64,000 nucleotides of DNA from an uncultured Clostridia bacterium (GTDB lineage: Bacteria > Bacillota > Clostridia > Christensenellales > UBA1242). The notes beneath the pieces were generated by a model. It saw nothing but the letters and a program-made list of their open reading frames with translations. It was not told the DNA's origin and searched no databases. Below are positions 1 through 10,103 of the stretch, piece by piece; position 1 is the stretch's first letter; each line of letters begins with the position of its first letter. The position numbers and the translations under genes were made by a program. The DNA lies in NCBI GenBank assembly GCA_934757855.1, contig CAKVLR010000003.1, forward strand, positions 103,106 to 167,105. Direction: 5' to 3'.

Positions 1-348
1 ACAACGAGAGGCATAAGTCGCCAATTTGATTTTTTTGTCCAAATTAAAGGTATTGACCGCCTTAATTAACCCGATAGACCCGACAGAAATCAAATCTTCT
101 AGTTCTACGCCTGTATTTTCAAATTTTTTTGAAATATAAACGACCAACCTCAAATTACGCTCAATCAACTCATCTTTTGCTGTTTCATCACCATTGCTAA
201 GCCGAAGTAGGCACGCCATTTCTTCCTCATTTGTCATAGGACTAGGCAAAGCCTCGTTGCTACACAAATAAAGGAGCATTTGCTCTTTTGATATATTTTC
301 GCCTATTCCAAAAGTCTTGATAAAAAGTTTTTTCAAAAACCCTAACAT
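1..348 (-). CDS. sigE: Sporulation sigma factor E precursor (pro-sigma-E), N-terminal 116 codons; the gene runs off the left edge
   Basis: The minus-strand frame from ATG 348 reads MLGFLKKLF...[54 protein letters not shown], which is a sigma-70 region 2 preceded by a pro-sequence. GGAGG lies 7 nt upstream of the ATG. The gene sits directly downstream of spoIIGA and overlaps its stop, as in the spoIIG operon. Confidence 0.8.
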   Translation of the reverse strand, partial: MLGFLKKLFIKTFGIGENISKEQMLLYLCSNEALPSPMTNEEEMACLLRLSNGDETAKDELIERNLRLVVYISKKFENTGVELEDLISVGSIGLIKAVNTFNLDKKIKLATYASRC

Positions 349-1178
349 TTCGCAACCTCCAACAAATTAGTACCCACTATCGCCGTACAATCTCCACAAC
401 GAATTTTGCTATTTGATACACCTACGCAAGCCTTTTGCTCCACGCCATTTAGGCTTACCACACAATCAAAAACCAACATTTTATAACTACCACCTAGGCT
501 ACTTACCACGATAAATTCTGCATTTTCTAGCCCTAAATTTTCAGTTTTACCCAACATAATTAACATTCGTTCGTGAGTGTTAAACCAGTAACTCAACTCT
601 TTTTCCGCAAGCACCACGACCGCAAGCCCGTGAGAATTTTTAAGGCTATTTCCAGTATCTACAAAGCCACGAAATTTTTTAGTTTTGCCTAAAATGGTAA
701 TACCAAAATCAACCGCGCGCTCCCACTCTTTCCTCTTTGCGATAGAAATAATCAATCTAAACACGCTGACAAAAAACACAATTCCGCATACAAGTAGTGT
801 TCCTAGCGGAATGGTTGACACATAACCTATGTACATTGCATCGTAAACTTGCACATTCATAAAACTAAATATCGCTATCAACGCCCCACCAAATGCAAAT
901 GTATAAAGACTAAATACCAAAAAGCGCAAAAATATTTTCTTAAAAGAAAAGCAAACCATAAAATTCATCACTAGCGCTACACTAAATTTTAGCAAAACCG
1001 CCCAAATTCCGCCAAAATGTATCAAAGGCGAAACAACCGCAAATCCCGCTCCAAACGCGCTAGCGCAAATTATACCGCTCTTAAAAATCGGCTGGCGCAA
1101 TGTTTTTTGACTCAAAATCAAAAGTAGTGCATCAATTAAAAAATTATCTAGCAAGACATATTCAATCACAATTTGCAT
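342..1178 (-). CDS. spoIIGA: Sigma-E processing peptidase SpoIIGA (membrane aspartic protease)
   Basis: 278 aa with a multi-TM N-terminal half and a C-terminal domain containing the GFVDTGNSL aspartic-protease motif. GAGGTGA RBS upstream. Immediately upstream of sigE. Confidence 0.85.
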   Translation of the reverse strand: MQIVIEYVLLDNFLIDALLLILSQKTLRQPIFKSGIICASAFGAGFAVVSPLIHFGGIWAVLLKFSVALVMNFMVCFSFKKIFLRFLVFSLYTFAFGGALIAIFSFMNVQVYDAMYIGYVSTIPLGTLLVCGIVFFVSVFRLIISIAKRKEWERAVDFGITILGKTKKFRGFVDTGNSLKNSHGLAVVVLAEKELSYWFNTHERMLIMLGKTENLGLENAEFIVVSSLGGSYKMLVFDCVVSLNGVEQKACVGVSNSKIRCGDCTAIVGTNLLEVAKC

Positions 1179-1387
1179 ATCTCACCTCGCTAGACCTATT
1201 TTAGCGCAAACCACTCTTTTTTGTTGGCAAAAATAAAAGATATATTACACGAAAAGTGCAATATATCCCGTAATTTTGTCGTTTTGCTAAATTTTGTCTT
1301 AAATTTTACATTAAATTTTTACAAATTTGCAAATACACAATAATTAATTAAAATTTAGAAAAAATAAAAAGCCTAAAATTAGACTTT

Positions 1388-1621
1388 CTATTGAATAATC
1401 ATTACCACCAAAGCAACTACGATAAATATTAAACCAATTACTTTCGTTGCAATCATAATACTATCATCATTTGGAACTTTGTTTGTTTTCCTAGCGGCAC
1501 AAGCAATCCTACGCGCAAGTATAGCAATCGCGATACCCATTGCAGCCAACACGATACCTATGATTACATTCACTTGTGAAAGTCGCTCCAAAAGCGGAAC
1601 CATCAAAAACGCTATGTTCAT
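1388..1621 (-). CDS. Small two-TM membrane protein, function unknown
   Basis: 77-aa ORF with two hydrophobic helices. An AAAGGGG RBS lies 8 nt before the ATG. I recognise no family. Confidence 0.45.
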   Translation of the reverse strand: MNIAFLMVPLLERLSQVNVIIGIVLAAMGIAIAILARRIACAARKTNKVPNDDSIMIATKVIGLIFIVVALVVMIIQ

Positions 1622-1657
1622 TATTTTTACCCCTTTTTCTATCTAGTTTAGATTTTA

Positions 1658-2227
1658 TCATTCTTTTTCGGTTTTGTCAACATCTTGCTTATTTTTTGTG
1701 AAAACTCGCTTGTAGTTGAGGGCAATATACACAATCAAACTAACTACAACCATAATCATACCTGCGTACAACACATACAAATTCCAGCCGTTCAAGTATT
1801 GCTCAAAGAAGCACATTACCAGTCCCACACTCATAATAAAAGTCCCTGCTTTACCAAAAAAGTTGCTAGGAATTGTGATTTTTTTCTTAAATAAGCACAT
1901 ACCCGCTACAATCATACCCAAATCAATCACAATCAACACTACAACCAGCCAAACAGGAATAATATTTGCAATCGCAAAGGCAATCAAAGTAGCCATTTTG
2001 AGTAATTTGTCCGCAAGCGGGTCAAGCACAATACCGTATGAAGTGATTTGATTTGTCTTGCGCGCAATAATTCCGTCTAACACATCAGTAAGACTTGCTA
2101 CCAAAAATACAATCAGTGCTGGTATGTGATTATCCTCAGGAGTGAAGAAAAATACAATCAAAAATACAGGCACAAGTATTAATCTAATAAGGCTTAAAAC
2201 ATTTGGCACATTCCAAAATTTGTTCAT
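1658..2227 (-). CDS. pgsA: CDP-diacylglycerol--glycerol-3-phosphate 3-phosphatidyltransferase
   Basis: CDP-alcohol phosphatidyltransferase signature DVLDGIIARK...GIVLDPLADKL, multi-TM protein, AGGAG RBS. Confidence 0.9.
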   Translation of the reverse strand: MNKFWNVPNVLSLIRLILVPVFLIVFFFTPEDNHIPALIVFLVASLTDVLDGIIARKTNQITSYGIVLDPLADKLLKMATLIAFAIANIIPVWLVVVLIVIDLGMIVAGMCLFKKKITIPSNFFGKAGTFIMSVGLVMCFFEQYLNGWNLYVLYAGMIMVVVSLIVYIALNYKRVFTKNKQDVDKTEKE

Positions 2228-2376
2228 AAATTCTCCTATTTATCTTTTGCAATTAACTATAATTATATCACAAAGATTTAAAAAGTTAAACTGATTTTTA
2301 CATAAAACTACAATAAATTTCACAAATTTGCCTATTTTTGAATAATATAACCATAAATGCTAATTAGGAGGATTTA

Positions 2377-3384
2377 ATGAAAAGATTTGCATTTGCACTT
2401 GCTTTGCTTATGATGCCATTGTTTATGTTTGCGGGCTGTGGTGGTTCTAGCGAAAGCAACAAAATTGTACTTAGCGAAGTAACACACAGTATTTTTTACG
2501 CCCCGCTCTACATTGCTATGTCAAACAACTATTTTGCCGATGAAGGCTTGACCGTTGAGTTAGTAAACGGAAATGGTAGCAACAATGTAATGACTTCGAT
2601 AGTGTCTGGTAGTGCTACTATTGGTCTTGCTGGTCCTGAAACCGCCGTTTATACCGCCCTTCAAAGCGGAAACGCAAGTTCGCCAAAAGTTTTTGGGCAA
2701 CTCACAGCGTGCGATGGGTCGTTCCTTATAGGGAGAACCGCTAACCCTGATTTTACGCTAGAGGACTTGCGCGGAAAAACGATTATTGCTGGGCGTAGAG
2801 GCGGTATGCCTGCAATGACACTCGAATACGCTCTCAAACAGCACGGTATGATTGCTGGGCGTGATTACACCCTAAACCTTGACTACGAATTTGGAATGGT
2901 TGCGACTGCCTTTGAGGCTGGCACTGGTGACTACTGCACTATGTTTGAGCCTGTGGCTAGTGCTTATCAAGCAACTGGCAAAGGTGCAATAGTTGCTTCT
3001 ATCGGCGAAATGGGCGGATATGTGCCATACACTGCCTTTATTGCAAATGAGCAATATCTACACGACAACGCGTTGCAAGCGGAACAATTTTTGCGTGCAG
3101 TATATCGTGGGTACTTGTACCTTATGAATGCGCCTATTGATGATGTAGTAAAAGCACTTATGCCACAATTTACTGGTAGCGACAAAGCAAGTATCAAATC
3201 TGCGGTAGAAAATTACAAATCACTAGATGCATTTGCCTCTTCCCCTGTTATGACACAAGATGGCTACGATAGACTTTGTGCGATAATTACAGATGCGGGC
3301 GAATTGACACAGCAAGTCGCATTTAACAAAGTAATTGACAACACTATTGCAAACAAAGTGGTAAAATATTTTAACTACGCATAA
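2377..3384 (+). CDS. ABC transporter substrate-binding lipoprotein, NMT1/THI5-like (NitT/TauT family)
   Basis: Signal peptide with lipobox LFMFAGC. Periplasmic-binding fold resembling the aliphatic sulfonate / HMP-type binders. AGGAGG RBS. Followed by a cognate ATPase and permease. Confidence 0.8.
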   Translation: MKRFAFALALLMMPLFMFAGCGGSSESNKIVLSEVTHSIFYAPLYIAMSNNYFADEGLTVELVNGNGSNNVMTSIVSGSATIGLAGPETAVYTALQSGNASSPKVFGQLTACDGSFLIGRTANPDFTLEDLRGKTIIAGRRGGMPAMTLEYALKQHGMIAGRDYTLNLDYEFGMVATAFEAGTGDYCTMFEPVASAYQATGKGAIVASIGEMGGYVPYTAFIANEQYLHDNALQAEQFLRAVYRGYLYLMNAPIDDVVKALMPQFTGSDKASIKSAVENYKSLDAFASSPVMTQDGYDRLCAIITDAGELTQQVAFNKVIDNTIANKVVKYFNYA

Positions 3385-3392
3385 ATTTTACG

Positions 3393-3421
3393 AAAAGTTG
3401 GTTTTTAGCCAACTTTTTTTG
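3393..3421 (+). terminator. Hairpin plus T-run after the binding-protein gene (possible partial terminator inside the operon)
   Basis: AAAAGTTGG / CCAACTTTT stem with a 7-nt loop, followed by TTTTT. Confidence 0.5.
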
Positions 3422-3499
3422 CTTTTATGCAAAAAGTAACAAAATTTAGTATCTCTCAATATAATGGCAATATAGACTATAACTTTACGGAAGGGCGAA

Positions 3500-4261
3500 A
3501 TGACACCGATTTTGGAATTGAAGAATATTTCTTTAAATTACCACACTTTAAAAGATGAAACAAAGGCGATTGAAAATATTTCTTTTGACCTTAATCCAAA
3601 AGAATTTATCTCTATTGTGGGTCCTAGTGGTTGTGGAAAAACTACCTTGTTATCTATCATTGCGGGTATCTTGAAACCTAGTAGCGGGACTGTGTTGCTA
3701 AACAATTTGCCGATTGAACAGTATAAAAATAAAATCGGCTATATGTTCCAGCGCGACCAGTTATTTGAATGGCGTACAGTTGCTCAAAATGTAAGATTAG
3801 GGCTTGAAATCAATCACACAAAGACCCCAGAAAACGAAAAATATCTCAATAAACTTTTAGAAAAATATGGTCTATATGATTTTCGTGACAAGTATCCTCA
3901 TCACCTTAGCGGTGGTATGCGACAACGCGTTGCGTTAATCCGCACTCTTGTGTTACGCCCTGAGATTTTGCTACTTGATGAACCGTTTGGCGCGCTAGAT
4001 TACCAAACCAGAAAGACTGTCATTCAAGATGTAAGTAGCATAATTACTCGCGAAGAAAAAGCCAGCATTTTGGTTACACACGACTTAGGCGAGGCTGTAA
4101 GCCTTTCTGACCGCATAATTGTATTATCAAATAGACCCAGTGTAGTCAAAAAAGTATTTAGCACTTCTTTAAGAAAAATTCCTCTTATTGATGAAAGGAA
4201 ACGCACAGATGAATACAAAGAAACAGTTGATAAAATTTGGAAGGAGTTAGGAACGGCGTGA
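3500..4261 (+). CDS. ABC transporter ATP-binding protein (NitT/TauT family)
   Basis: Walker A GPSGCGKTT, ABC signature LSGGMRQR, Walker B LLLDEPFGALD. Confidence 0.9.
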   Translation: MTPILELKNISLNYHTLKDETKAIENISFDLNPKEFISIVGPSGCGKTTLLSIIAGILKPSSGTVLLNNLPIEQYKNKIGYMFQRDQLFEWRTVAQNVRLGLEINHTKTPENEKYLNKLLEKYGLYDFRDKYPHHLSGGMRQRVALIRTLVLRPEILLLDEPFGALDYQTRKTVIQDVSSIITREEKASILVTHDLGEAVSLSDRIIVLSNRPSVVKKVFSTSLRKIPLIDERKRTDEYKETVDKIWKELGTA

Positions 4262-5070
4262 AGAAATTAGTCAACTATTCAAAGGAGCATTTGCGGTATC
4301 TTGCCCGAAATAAACGCAAACGCATAGGAATTTTGTGTAGTCAACTAGGCATTTTAATTGCTTTCCTTGCTCTATGGGAGATTTTGGGGACAGTTGGCGC
4401 AATTAACACCCTAATTATGAGTTCGCCTAGCAAAATTTTGGCAACAATCGGTGATTTGTATCAGTCAGGCACACTATTTTATCACTTAGGCATTACTCTA
4501 TATGAAACCGTACTAGGCTTTGCGATAGCGACAATTCTTGGTTGTTTCATTGCAATTTTACTTTGGTGGAGCGAAACATTACGAAAGATTTTAGACCCGT
4601 ACATCGTAGTGCTAAACTCCCTACCTAAAATCGCTTTGGGTCCTATCATCATTATTTGGTTTGGGGCTGGTATTCAATCAATCGTGGTTATTTGCGTGCT
4701 TATCACCATAATCATTGTAATAATTTCAATGCTAAATGCTTTTCGCGAATGTGACAAAGACAAAATTTTATTGATGACTTCAATGGGTGCGAACAAATTT
4801 CAAATTCTTACAAAACTGATACTTCCTCACTCACTTCCGCAATTTGTATCCGTACTAAAAATTAGCGTAGGTATGAGTTGGGTTGGCTCGATAATCGGTG
4901 AATATCTGGTTAGTAGCGCTGGACTTGGTTATTTAATCGTTTACGGTAGTCAAGTATTCAAACTAGATTTAGTAATGGCAAGCACATTGATACTTTGCGT
5001 ATTAGCAAGTTTAATGTATCTTGCAGTTGCACTAGTCGAAAAATTTGTAAACAAAAAGCGTGGTTTATAG
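4237..5070 (+). CDS. ABC transporter permease (BPD-type inner membrane component)
   Basis: Six predicted TM segments in a typical TauC/SsuC-like permease. The start is uncertain: either TTG 4237 or GTG 4258, which overlaps the ATPase stop as GTGA. AAGGAG at 4241-4246. Confidence 0.85.
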   Translation: MEGVRNGVKKLVNYSKEHLRYLARNKRKRIGILCSQLGILIAFLALWEILGTVGAINTLIMSSPSKILATIGDLYQSGTLFYHLGITLYETVLGFAIATILGCFIAILLWWSETLRKILDPYIVVLNSLPKIALGPIIIIWFGAGIQSIVVICVLITIIIVIISMLNAFRECDKDKILLMTSMGANKFQILTKLILPHSLPQFVSVLKISVGMSWVGSIIGEYLVSSAGLGYLIVYGSQVFKLDLVMASTLILCVLASLMYLAVALVEKFVNKKRGL

Positions 5071-5076
5071 TCTATA

Positions 5077-5127
5077 AAAGCCGACAGAATTTTGAGTTAA
5101 CCTCTATTCTATCGGCTTTTTTTATTT
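5077..5127. terminator. Bidirectional intrinsic terminator between the convergent permease and hemW genes
   Basis: AAAAGCCGACAGAAT ... ATTCTATCGGCTTTT inverted repeat with one mismatch, flanked by an A-run on one side and a T-run on the other. Confidence 0.65.
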
Positions 5128-6251
5128 TAAAAAAATTCAGCAATTATTGCATTTGATATATATAAATTTTTTATACGCAAAATATTATCTTCAATTTCTA
5201 TCAAGTCGTTTGCGAGCAATTTTTGCAAAACTCTACCATATTCCACTAAGAAATTACCACCAAACATTTTGTTGTACTCCAAAATATCTAGTCCTTTTGT
5301 CGTACGCAATGCGAGCATAATCATTTCCTCTTTTGCCGTTTTTACCGTTTCTTGCTCCAAATCTTCTTGACAATTAATAGGATTTTTGAGATATTTTGCA
5401 AAATTTGTCGTATTTTGCCAGTGAAAGCCATCTAAAAACGAATGTGCGCCCAAACCTAAGCCCAAATACGCTCCACGATGCCAATAATTTAGATTATGTT
5501 GTGACTCATAACCCGCTTTTGCAAAATTACTTATTTCGTAGCGTTTAAAGCCTGCTTTATCCAAAAAATCCACCGCATAGTCATACATTTCTACCGCGCT
5601 ATCATCACTAGGCAAAGTCAAGCGTTTTTCTTGAATAGAACGCGTGAGTGGAGTATTTGGCTCACAAATAAGCCCGTACGCTGAAATATGCGTAATCGGT
5701 AATTCCACTACTTTTTTGAGAGTGTCTTTGACATCTTTTAGAGTTTGTTCTGGCACGCCTAGCATAATATCTACATTTATATCTTTAATATTGTAGTGCA
5801 AAGCATTTTCAACTGCTCGCTCACAATCTTTAAAATTATGTACTCGATTTAAAATCTTCAAGATTTTGTCACTATGACTTTGCAAACCTAAACTCAATCT
5901 CGAACAGCCCGCGCGCATATACTCTTCTGCTTTTTTAATATCAAACGAATTTGGGTTGGCTTCGATAGTGACACTACAAGCGTTTAGTACTATAAAATTT
6001 TCGCGAACACAAGTCATAATGTCCTCGATTGCGCCTGTGGGTAGCACTGAGGGAGTTCCGCCCCCGATGTAAACAGAGGTCACCAATCTACCACCCGCGC
6101 GTTCACCTGCTTTTACTATCTCTTGCTTCAAAGCAGTTATATAATCTTCCACTTGTTTTTGTTTTGGTACGAACGAACAAAAATCGCAATAACTACATTT
6201 TGATACGCAAAAAGGAATATGAATGTATAAACCAAATTTACTAGATAGCAT
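5127..6251 (-). CDS. hemW: Radical SAM heme chaperone HemW / oxygen-independent coproporphyrinogen-III oxidase-like protein
   Basis: CVSKCSYCDFC radical-SAM cysteine motif near the N-terminus. HemN-like C-terminal domain. Downstream of lepA, as in Bacillus. The ORF-track start at 6257 is a GTG abutting the RBS, so ATG 6251 (AGGAG plus 5 nt) is preferred. Confidence 0.85.
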   Translation of the reverse strand: MLSSKFGLYIHIPFCVSKCSYCDFCSFVPKQKQVEDYITALKQEIVKAGERAGGRLVTSVYIGGGTPSVLPTGAIEDIMTCVRENFIVLNACSVTIEANPNSFDIKKAEEYMRAGCSRLSLGLQSHSDKILKILNRVHNFKDCERAVENALHYNIKDINVDIMLGVPEQTLKDVKDTLKKVVELPITHISAYGLICEPNTPLTRSIQEKRLTLPSDDSAVEMYDYAVDFLDKAGFKRYEISNFAKAGYESQHNLNYWHRGAYLGLGLGAHSFLDGFHWQNTTNFAKYLKNPINCQEDLEQETVKTAKEEMIMLALRTTKGLDILEYNKMFGGNFLVEYGRVLQKLLANDLIEIEDNILRIKNLYISNAIIAEFF

Positions 6252-6259
6252 ATTCACTC

Positions 6260-8059
6260 CTAATCTATCTTTAATATACTAATAAATGCATCACTCGGCA
6301 CTTCGACTGAGCCGATATTGCGCATTTTCTTTTTACCCTCTTTTTGCTTTTCTAGTAGTTTACGCTTTCTCGTTACATCACCACCATAACACTTCGCAAG
6401 CACATCTTTACGAAAAGCCTTTACAGTTTCGCGCGCGATAATTTTACCGCCGACCGCTGCTTGAATAGGTACTTCAAACATTTGACGAGGTATTACCTCT
6501 TTAAGTTTTTCTGCCATTACTCTACCGCGTTCGTATGCTTTGTCTTGATGGACAATCAAACTTAAAGCATCACAAATTTCACCTTTTAGCAAAATATCTA
6601 ATTTTACCAACTTGCTAGGTCTATATTCGTTTAATTCATAATCAAGACTTGCATAACCGCGTGTCCTACTCTTTAAATTATCAAAAAAGTCGTATATGAT
6701 TTCGTTTAGTGGAATTTCATAGTCAAGCCTTACGCGTTTTTCATCGAGGTAAACAACATTTGTATTGCCCCCCCTACGCTCAGTACACAAGTCCATAATC
6801 GCCCCCATATATTCAGGAGGAGTGAAAATGTGCATATTTACATATGGCTCTTCCATTCTTTCTATCAAAGTAGGCTCTGGTAAGTTGCTTGGATTGCTCA
6901 CTTCCAACATTTCACCATCTGTTTTATAAATATGATAACTTACCCCTGGAGCGGTCGTAATAATATCAAGATTAAATTCGCGTTCTAGCCTTTCTTGTAT
7001 GATTTCCATATGCAAAAGTCCTAAAAATCCACAACGAAACCCAAAGCCCAACGCTACTGATGTTTCAGGTGAATATTCGAGCGAACTGTCGTTTAATTTC
7101 AATTTCTCCAAAGCATCTTTAAGTTCACCATATTTACTGCCATCTACGGGGAAAATACCGCTAAATACCACTGGCTTTACTTGTTTATACCCTGGTAACG
7201 CCTCACTAGCGGGATTTTCTACACTAGTAATTGTATCACCTACACGCGCTTCACTCACTTTTTTGATACTAGCGGCAATATAACCAACCTCACCAGCCAA
7301 TAATATAGGACTTTCTTTTGCCTTTGGCGTAAAGTAGCCAACCTCGGTCACTTCAAAAGTGTTGTTAGTTTGCATAAACTTAATTTTGTCGCCTTTTTTT
7401 ACACTTCCGTCAAACACGCGTACGAGGCAAATTGCGCCTTTGAAATTGTCATAATAACTATCAAAAACAAGGCATTTTAAAGGCTTATCCTCATCTCCGC
7501 GAGGGGCTGGAAATTCTTTGATAATTCCTTCTAACACGCTAGGAATATTTGTACCTTCTTTTGCGGAAATACAAGGTGCGTGCATAGCGGGTATGCCTAT
7601 TACATCTTCAATCTCTTGCTTTACTTTTTCAGGCTCTGCGCTAGGTAGGTCGATTTTATTAATTACGGGTAAAATTTCCAGCCTATTGTCTAATGCTAAA
7701 TGCACATTTGCCAAAGTTTGAGCCTCTACACCTTGCCCTGCATCTACAATCAAAATTGCGCCCTCACAAGCGGCAAGCGAACGGCTTACCTCATATGTAA
7801 AATCTACATGCCCTGGGGTGTCGATTAGATTTAAGATATATTCTTCACCATTATAAGTATATTTCATTCGCGTTGGGGTAAGTTTTATAGTGATACCGCG
7901 CTCGCGTTCCAAATCCATACTATCAAGCAACTGCTCTTGTAAATCACGCTTTGCAACTGTGCCAGTTTCCTCCAACAATCTATCCGCAAGCGTACTCTTG
8001 CCGTGGTCAATATGTGCCACTATACAAAAGTTTCTTATATGTTTTTGTCTGTCGCTCAT
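6260..8059 (-). CDS. lepA: Translation elongation factor 4 (LepA)
   Basis: 599 aa. GTPase motifs [14 protein letters not shown] and NKID. The LepA-specific C-terminal domain ends in ...[22 protein letters not shown]. Confidence 0.95.
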   Translation of the reverse strand: MSDRQKHIRNFCIVAHIDHGKSTLADRLLEETGTVAKRDLQEQLLDSMDLERERGITIKLTPTRMKYTYNGEEYILNLIDTPGHVDFTYEVSRSLAACEGAILIVDAGQGVEAQTLANVHLALDNRLEILPVINKIDLPSAEPEKVKQEIEDVIGIPAMHAPCISAKEGTNIPSVLEGIIKEFPAPRGDEDKPLKCLVFDSYYDNFKGAICLVRVFDGSVKKGDKIKFMQTNNTFEVTEVGYFTPKAKESPILLAGEVGYIAASIKKVSEARVGDTITSVENPASEALPGYKQVKPVVFSGIFPVDGSKYGELKDALEKLKLNDSSLEYSPETSVALGFGFRCGFLGLLHMEIIQERLEREFNLDIITTAPGVSYHIYKTDGEMLEVSNPSNLPEPTLIERMEEPYVNMHIFTPPEYMGAIMDLCTERRGGNTNVVYLDEKRVRLDYEIPLNEIIYDFFDNLKSRTRGYASLDYELNEYRPSKLVKLDILLKGEICDALSLIVHQDKAYERGRVMAEKLKEVIPRQMFEVPIQAAVGGKIIARETVKAFRKDVLAKCYGGDVTRKRKLLEKQKEGKKKMRNIGSVEVPSDAFISILKID

Positions 8060-8208
8060 TTAATGCTCTCCTAACTATTTTGTACTTAAATTATACAAAA
8101 AAAGACCAAATTTTGCAATAGAATTGAATTATTTTACATAAACTATCTCAAATTACTAGCGTAAATCGACAAAATTTGATATAATATACAAAAATGTGAG
8201 GTGCGACT

Positions 8209-8955
8209 ATGGAGATTTTTAAATCTTGGATTGTAGAAAAATTTATTGCTCATCGCGGGTTTTTCGATAATGGAAATGGAGTGCCTGAAAATTCTTTGGT
8301 TGCTTTTGAAAAGGCTATTGAAAATGGCTACGCTATCGAACTCGATGTTCATACTCTGCACGATGGCACTGTGGTTGTTTTTCACGATGACCAACTAGGC
8401 AGAATGACTGGAAAAGATGGTTACCTCAAAAATCTTACTCAAGCAGACCTACAAAATTACAAACTGCTCAATACTGAATACTCTATACCAACATTACAAG
8501 ATGTCCTAAACCTTGTAAACGGCAGAACACCTATTTTAGTTGAAGTTAAAAGTGAAAATGTCAAAGTTGGTGCAGATGAAAGTATAATTTATAACATACT
8601 CAAAAATTACAAAGGTGAATTTGCGGTACAATCATTTAACCCACTCACTATTGAATGGTTTAAAAATAACGCACCAGAAATTACACGCGGACTGCTTTGT
8701 AGCAAATATCACAAAGTAGATAATCCAAAATCTTGGCTCAAAAAATTTGCTTTGCGCAATATGTTGCTCAACAAACGCGCAAAACCGCAATTTATTGCTT
8801 TTAATGTACAAGATTTACCTGCACAAATTTTAAAGAGTAAAAAATGCAAAGGCTTACCTATTTTAGGCTGGACAGTAAAATCACAAGCACAATATTTAGA
8901 TGCAGTCAAATATGTTGATAATATTATCTTTCAAGACTTCAAACCTAGCATATAA
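8209..8955 (+). CDS. Glycerophosphodiester phosphodiesterase family protein
   Basis: GDPD motifs HRG...PENSLVAFEKAIENGYAIELDVH. GAGGTG RBS. An extended -10 (TGaTATAAT) lies at 8177-8185. Confidence 0.8.
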   Translation: MEIFKSWIVEKFIAHRGFFDNGNGVPENSLVAFEKAIENGYAIELDVHTLHDGTVVVFHDDQLGRMTGKDGYLKNLTQADLQNYKLLNTEYSIPTLQDVLNLVNGRTPILVEVKSENVKVGADESIIYNILKNYKGEFAVQSFNPLTIEWFKNNAPEITRGLLCSKYHKVDNPKSWLKKFALRNMLLNKRAKPQFIAFNVQDLPAQILKSKKCKGLPILGWTVKSQAQYLDAVKYVDNIIFQDFKPSI

Positions 8956-8959
8956 CTAA

Positions 8960-8997
8960 AAAATACGAAATGCAAATTGCAAATCGTATTTTTTCTT
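8960..8997. terminator. Bidirectional terminator between the GDPD gene and ftsY
   Basis: AAAATACGA / TCGTATTTT 9-bp stem around a palindromic loop, followed by a T-run. Confidence 0.55.
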
Positions 8998-8999
8998 TT

Positions 9000-9896
9000 T
9001 TATATAATTGCTTCTACAAAATCTTCGGCATTAAATTCTTCAATGTCATCAATTTTTTCACCAGTACCCACAAACATAACAGGTGTCGCATATTCTTGCG
9101 CAATACCTAGTATAACGCCACCTTTCGCGGTGCCATCAAGTTTGGTCACAATCAAACCATCCAAGCCGATTGCCTCATCAAAATATTCTACTTGACTGAG
9201 CGCATTTTGCCCAGTAGTTGCATCTAGCACAAGCAATTTTTGATAGCAACACCCCTCCCAGTTGTTGGTGACAACCTTTGAAACTTTTTTCAACTCCTCC
9301 ATAAGGTTTGCCTTGTTGTGTAGCCTACCAGCGGTGTCGACAATCACAACATCAGTGCCTTTTGCCTTTGCACTTGCGATACCGTCAAACACAACACTAG
9401 CAGGGTCTGCGCCATCATCATTACGCACAATTTTGACATTATTTTTATTTGCCCAAATCGCTAGTTGCTCACTTGCCGCCGCGCGGAAAGTATCTCCCGC
9501 TACCAACAACACTGATTTGCCTTTGCTCTTGTAATAATTTGCCAATTTGCCGATTGTAGTAGTCTTACCTACTCCATTAACACCAACAATCATATATACA
9601 AGAGGATAAGTCAATTCTGGTTGCTCGTTTTCCTCCAAAATATCACGCATAATGTCGCGCAAAGCCTGTTTGACATCTTCTTGATTACGCAATTTAGTCT
9701 TGCGGGCTGTTTCACGCAAGCGTGTAACGATTTCTTCCGAACACTCAAAACCTAAATCCGATGAAATTAATATTTCTTCCAACTCATCAAAAAAATCATC
9801 ATTAAGTTCGCCGTGTGACATCAGTGACATCATTTTATTATCAATAGAAGCCTTTGTCTTTTTAAAAGCCTCTTTAATTTTGCTAAAAAACCCCAT
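9000..9896 (-). CDS. ftsY: Signal recognition particle receptor FtsY
   Basis: 298 aa. SRP-GTPase motifs GVNGVGKTTT, DTAGR and TKLDG. Downstream of smc, as in the rnc-smc-ftsY arrangement. Confidence 0.95.
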   Translation of the reverse strand: MGFFSKIKEAFKKTKASIDNKMMSLMSHGELNDDFFDELEEILISSDLGFECSEEIVTRLRETARKTKLRNQEDVKQALRDIMRDILEENEQPELTYPLVYMIVGVNGVGKTTTIGKLANYYKSKGKSVLLVAGDTFRAAASEQLAIWANKNNVKIVRNDDGADPASVVFDGIASAKAKGTDVVIVDTAGRLHNKANLMEELKKVSKVVTNNWEGCCYQKLLVLDATTGQNALSQVEYFDEAIGLDGLIVTKLDGTAKGGVILGIAQEYATPVMFVGTGEKIDDIEEFNAEDFVEAII

Positions 9897-9932
9897 AATG
9901 TAGTCCTTAAAATTCTAATTTTCTATACTTAC

Positions 9933-10025
9933 TTATTCAATCGACTGCAATGCATCACTCAGTTTTACGCTTACCACCTTACTAACACCTTTCTGTTCCA
10001 TTGTTACACCGTAAAGGTTATCCGC
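9933..10025 (-). repeat. Untranslated second copy of the last 30 codons plus stop of smc (84/93 nt identical to 10104-10196)
   Basis: Direct alignment of the two 93-nt segments. The copy would read ADNLYGVTMEQKGVSKVVSVKLSDALQSIE*, against ...QSVE* in smc. Confidence 0.9.
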
Positions 10026-10103
10026 TCTCTGCAAGACCGCCACCGTTCTTGATACTTGTTGTCTTTATATATTCAAGTGGCGGGCAGTGGAACAGCGGAT
10101 ACT
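10026..10103 (-). other. 78-nt spacer forming a long imperfect hairpin between the smc stop codon and the duplicated smc tail
   Basis: Paired segments are ATCCGCT(10020-10026)/AGCGGAT(10094-10100), CTGC(10029-10032)/GCAG(10084-10087) and CCGCCAC(10037-10043)/GTGGCGG(10077-10083), with an AT-rich apical region. No U-run follows it on the minus strand. Confidence 0.6.

Noticed and set aside
2228-2376. Possible TPP or other riboswitch upstream of the NMT1/THI5-like ABC binding-protein gene.
   Set aside because: The 149-nt region is almost entirely A/T. It has no conserved riboswitch core (no CUGAGA/ACCUGA-type elements) and no stable stems.
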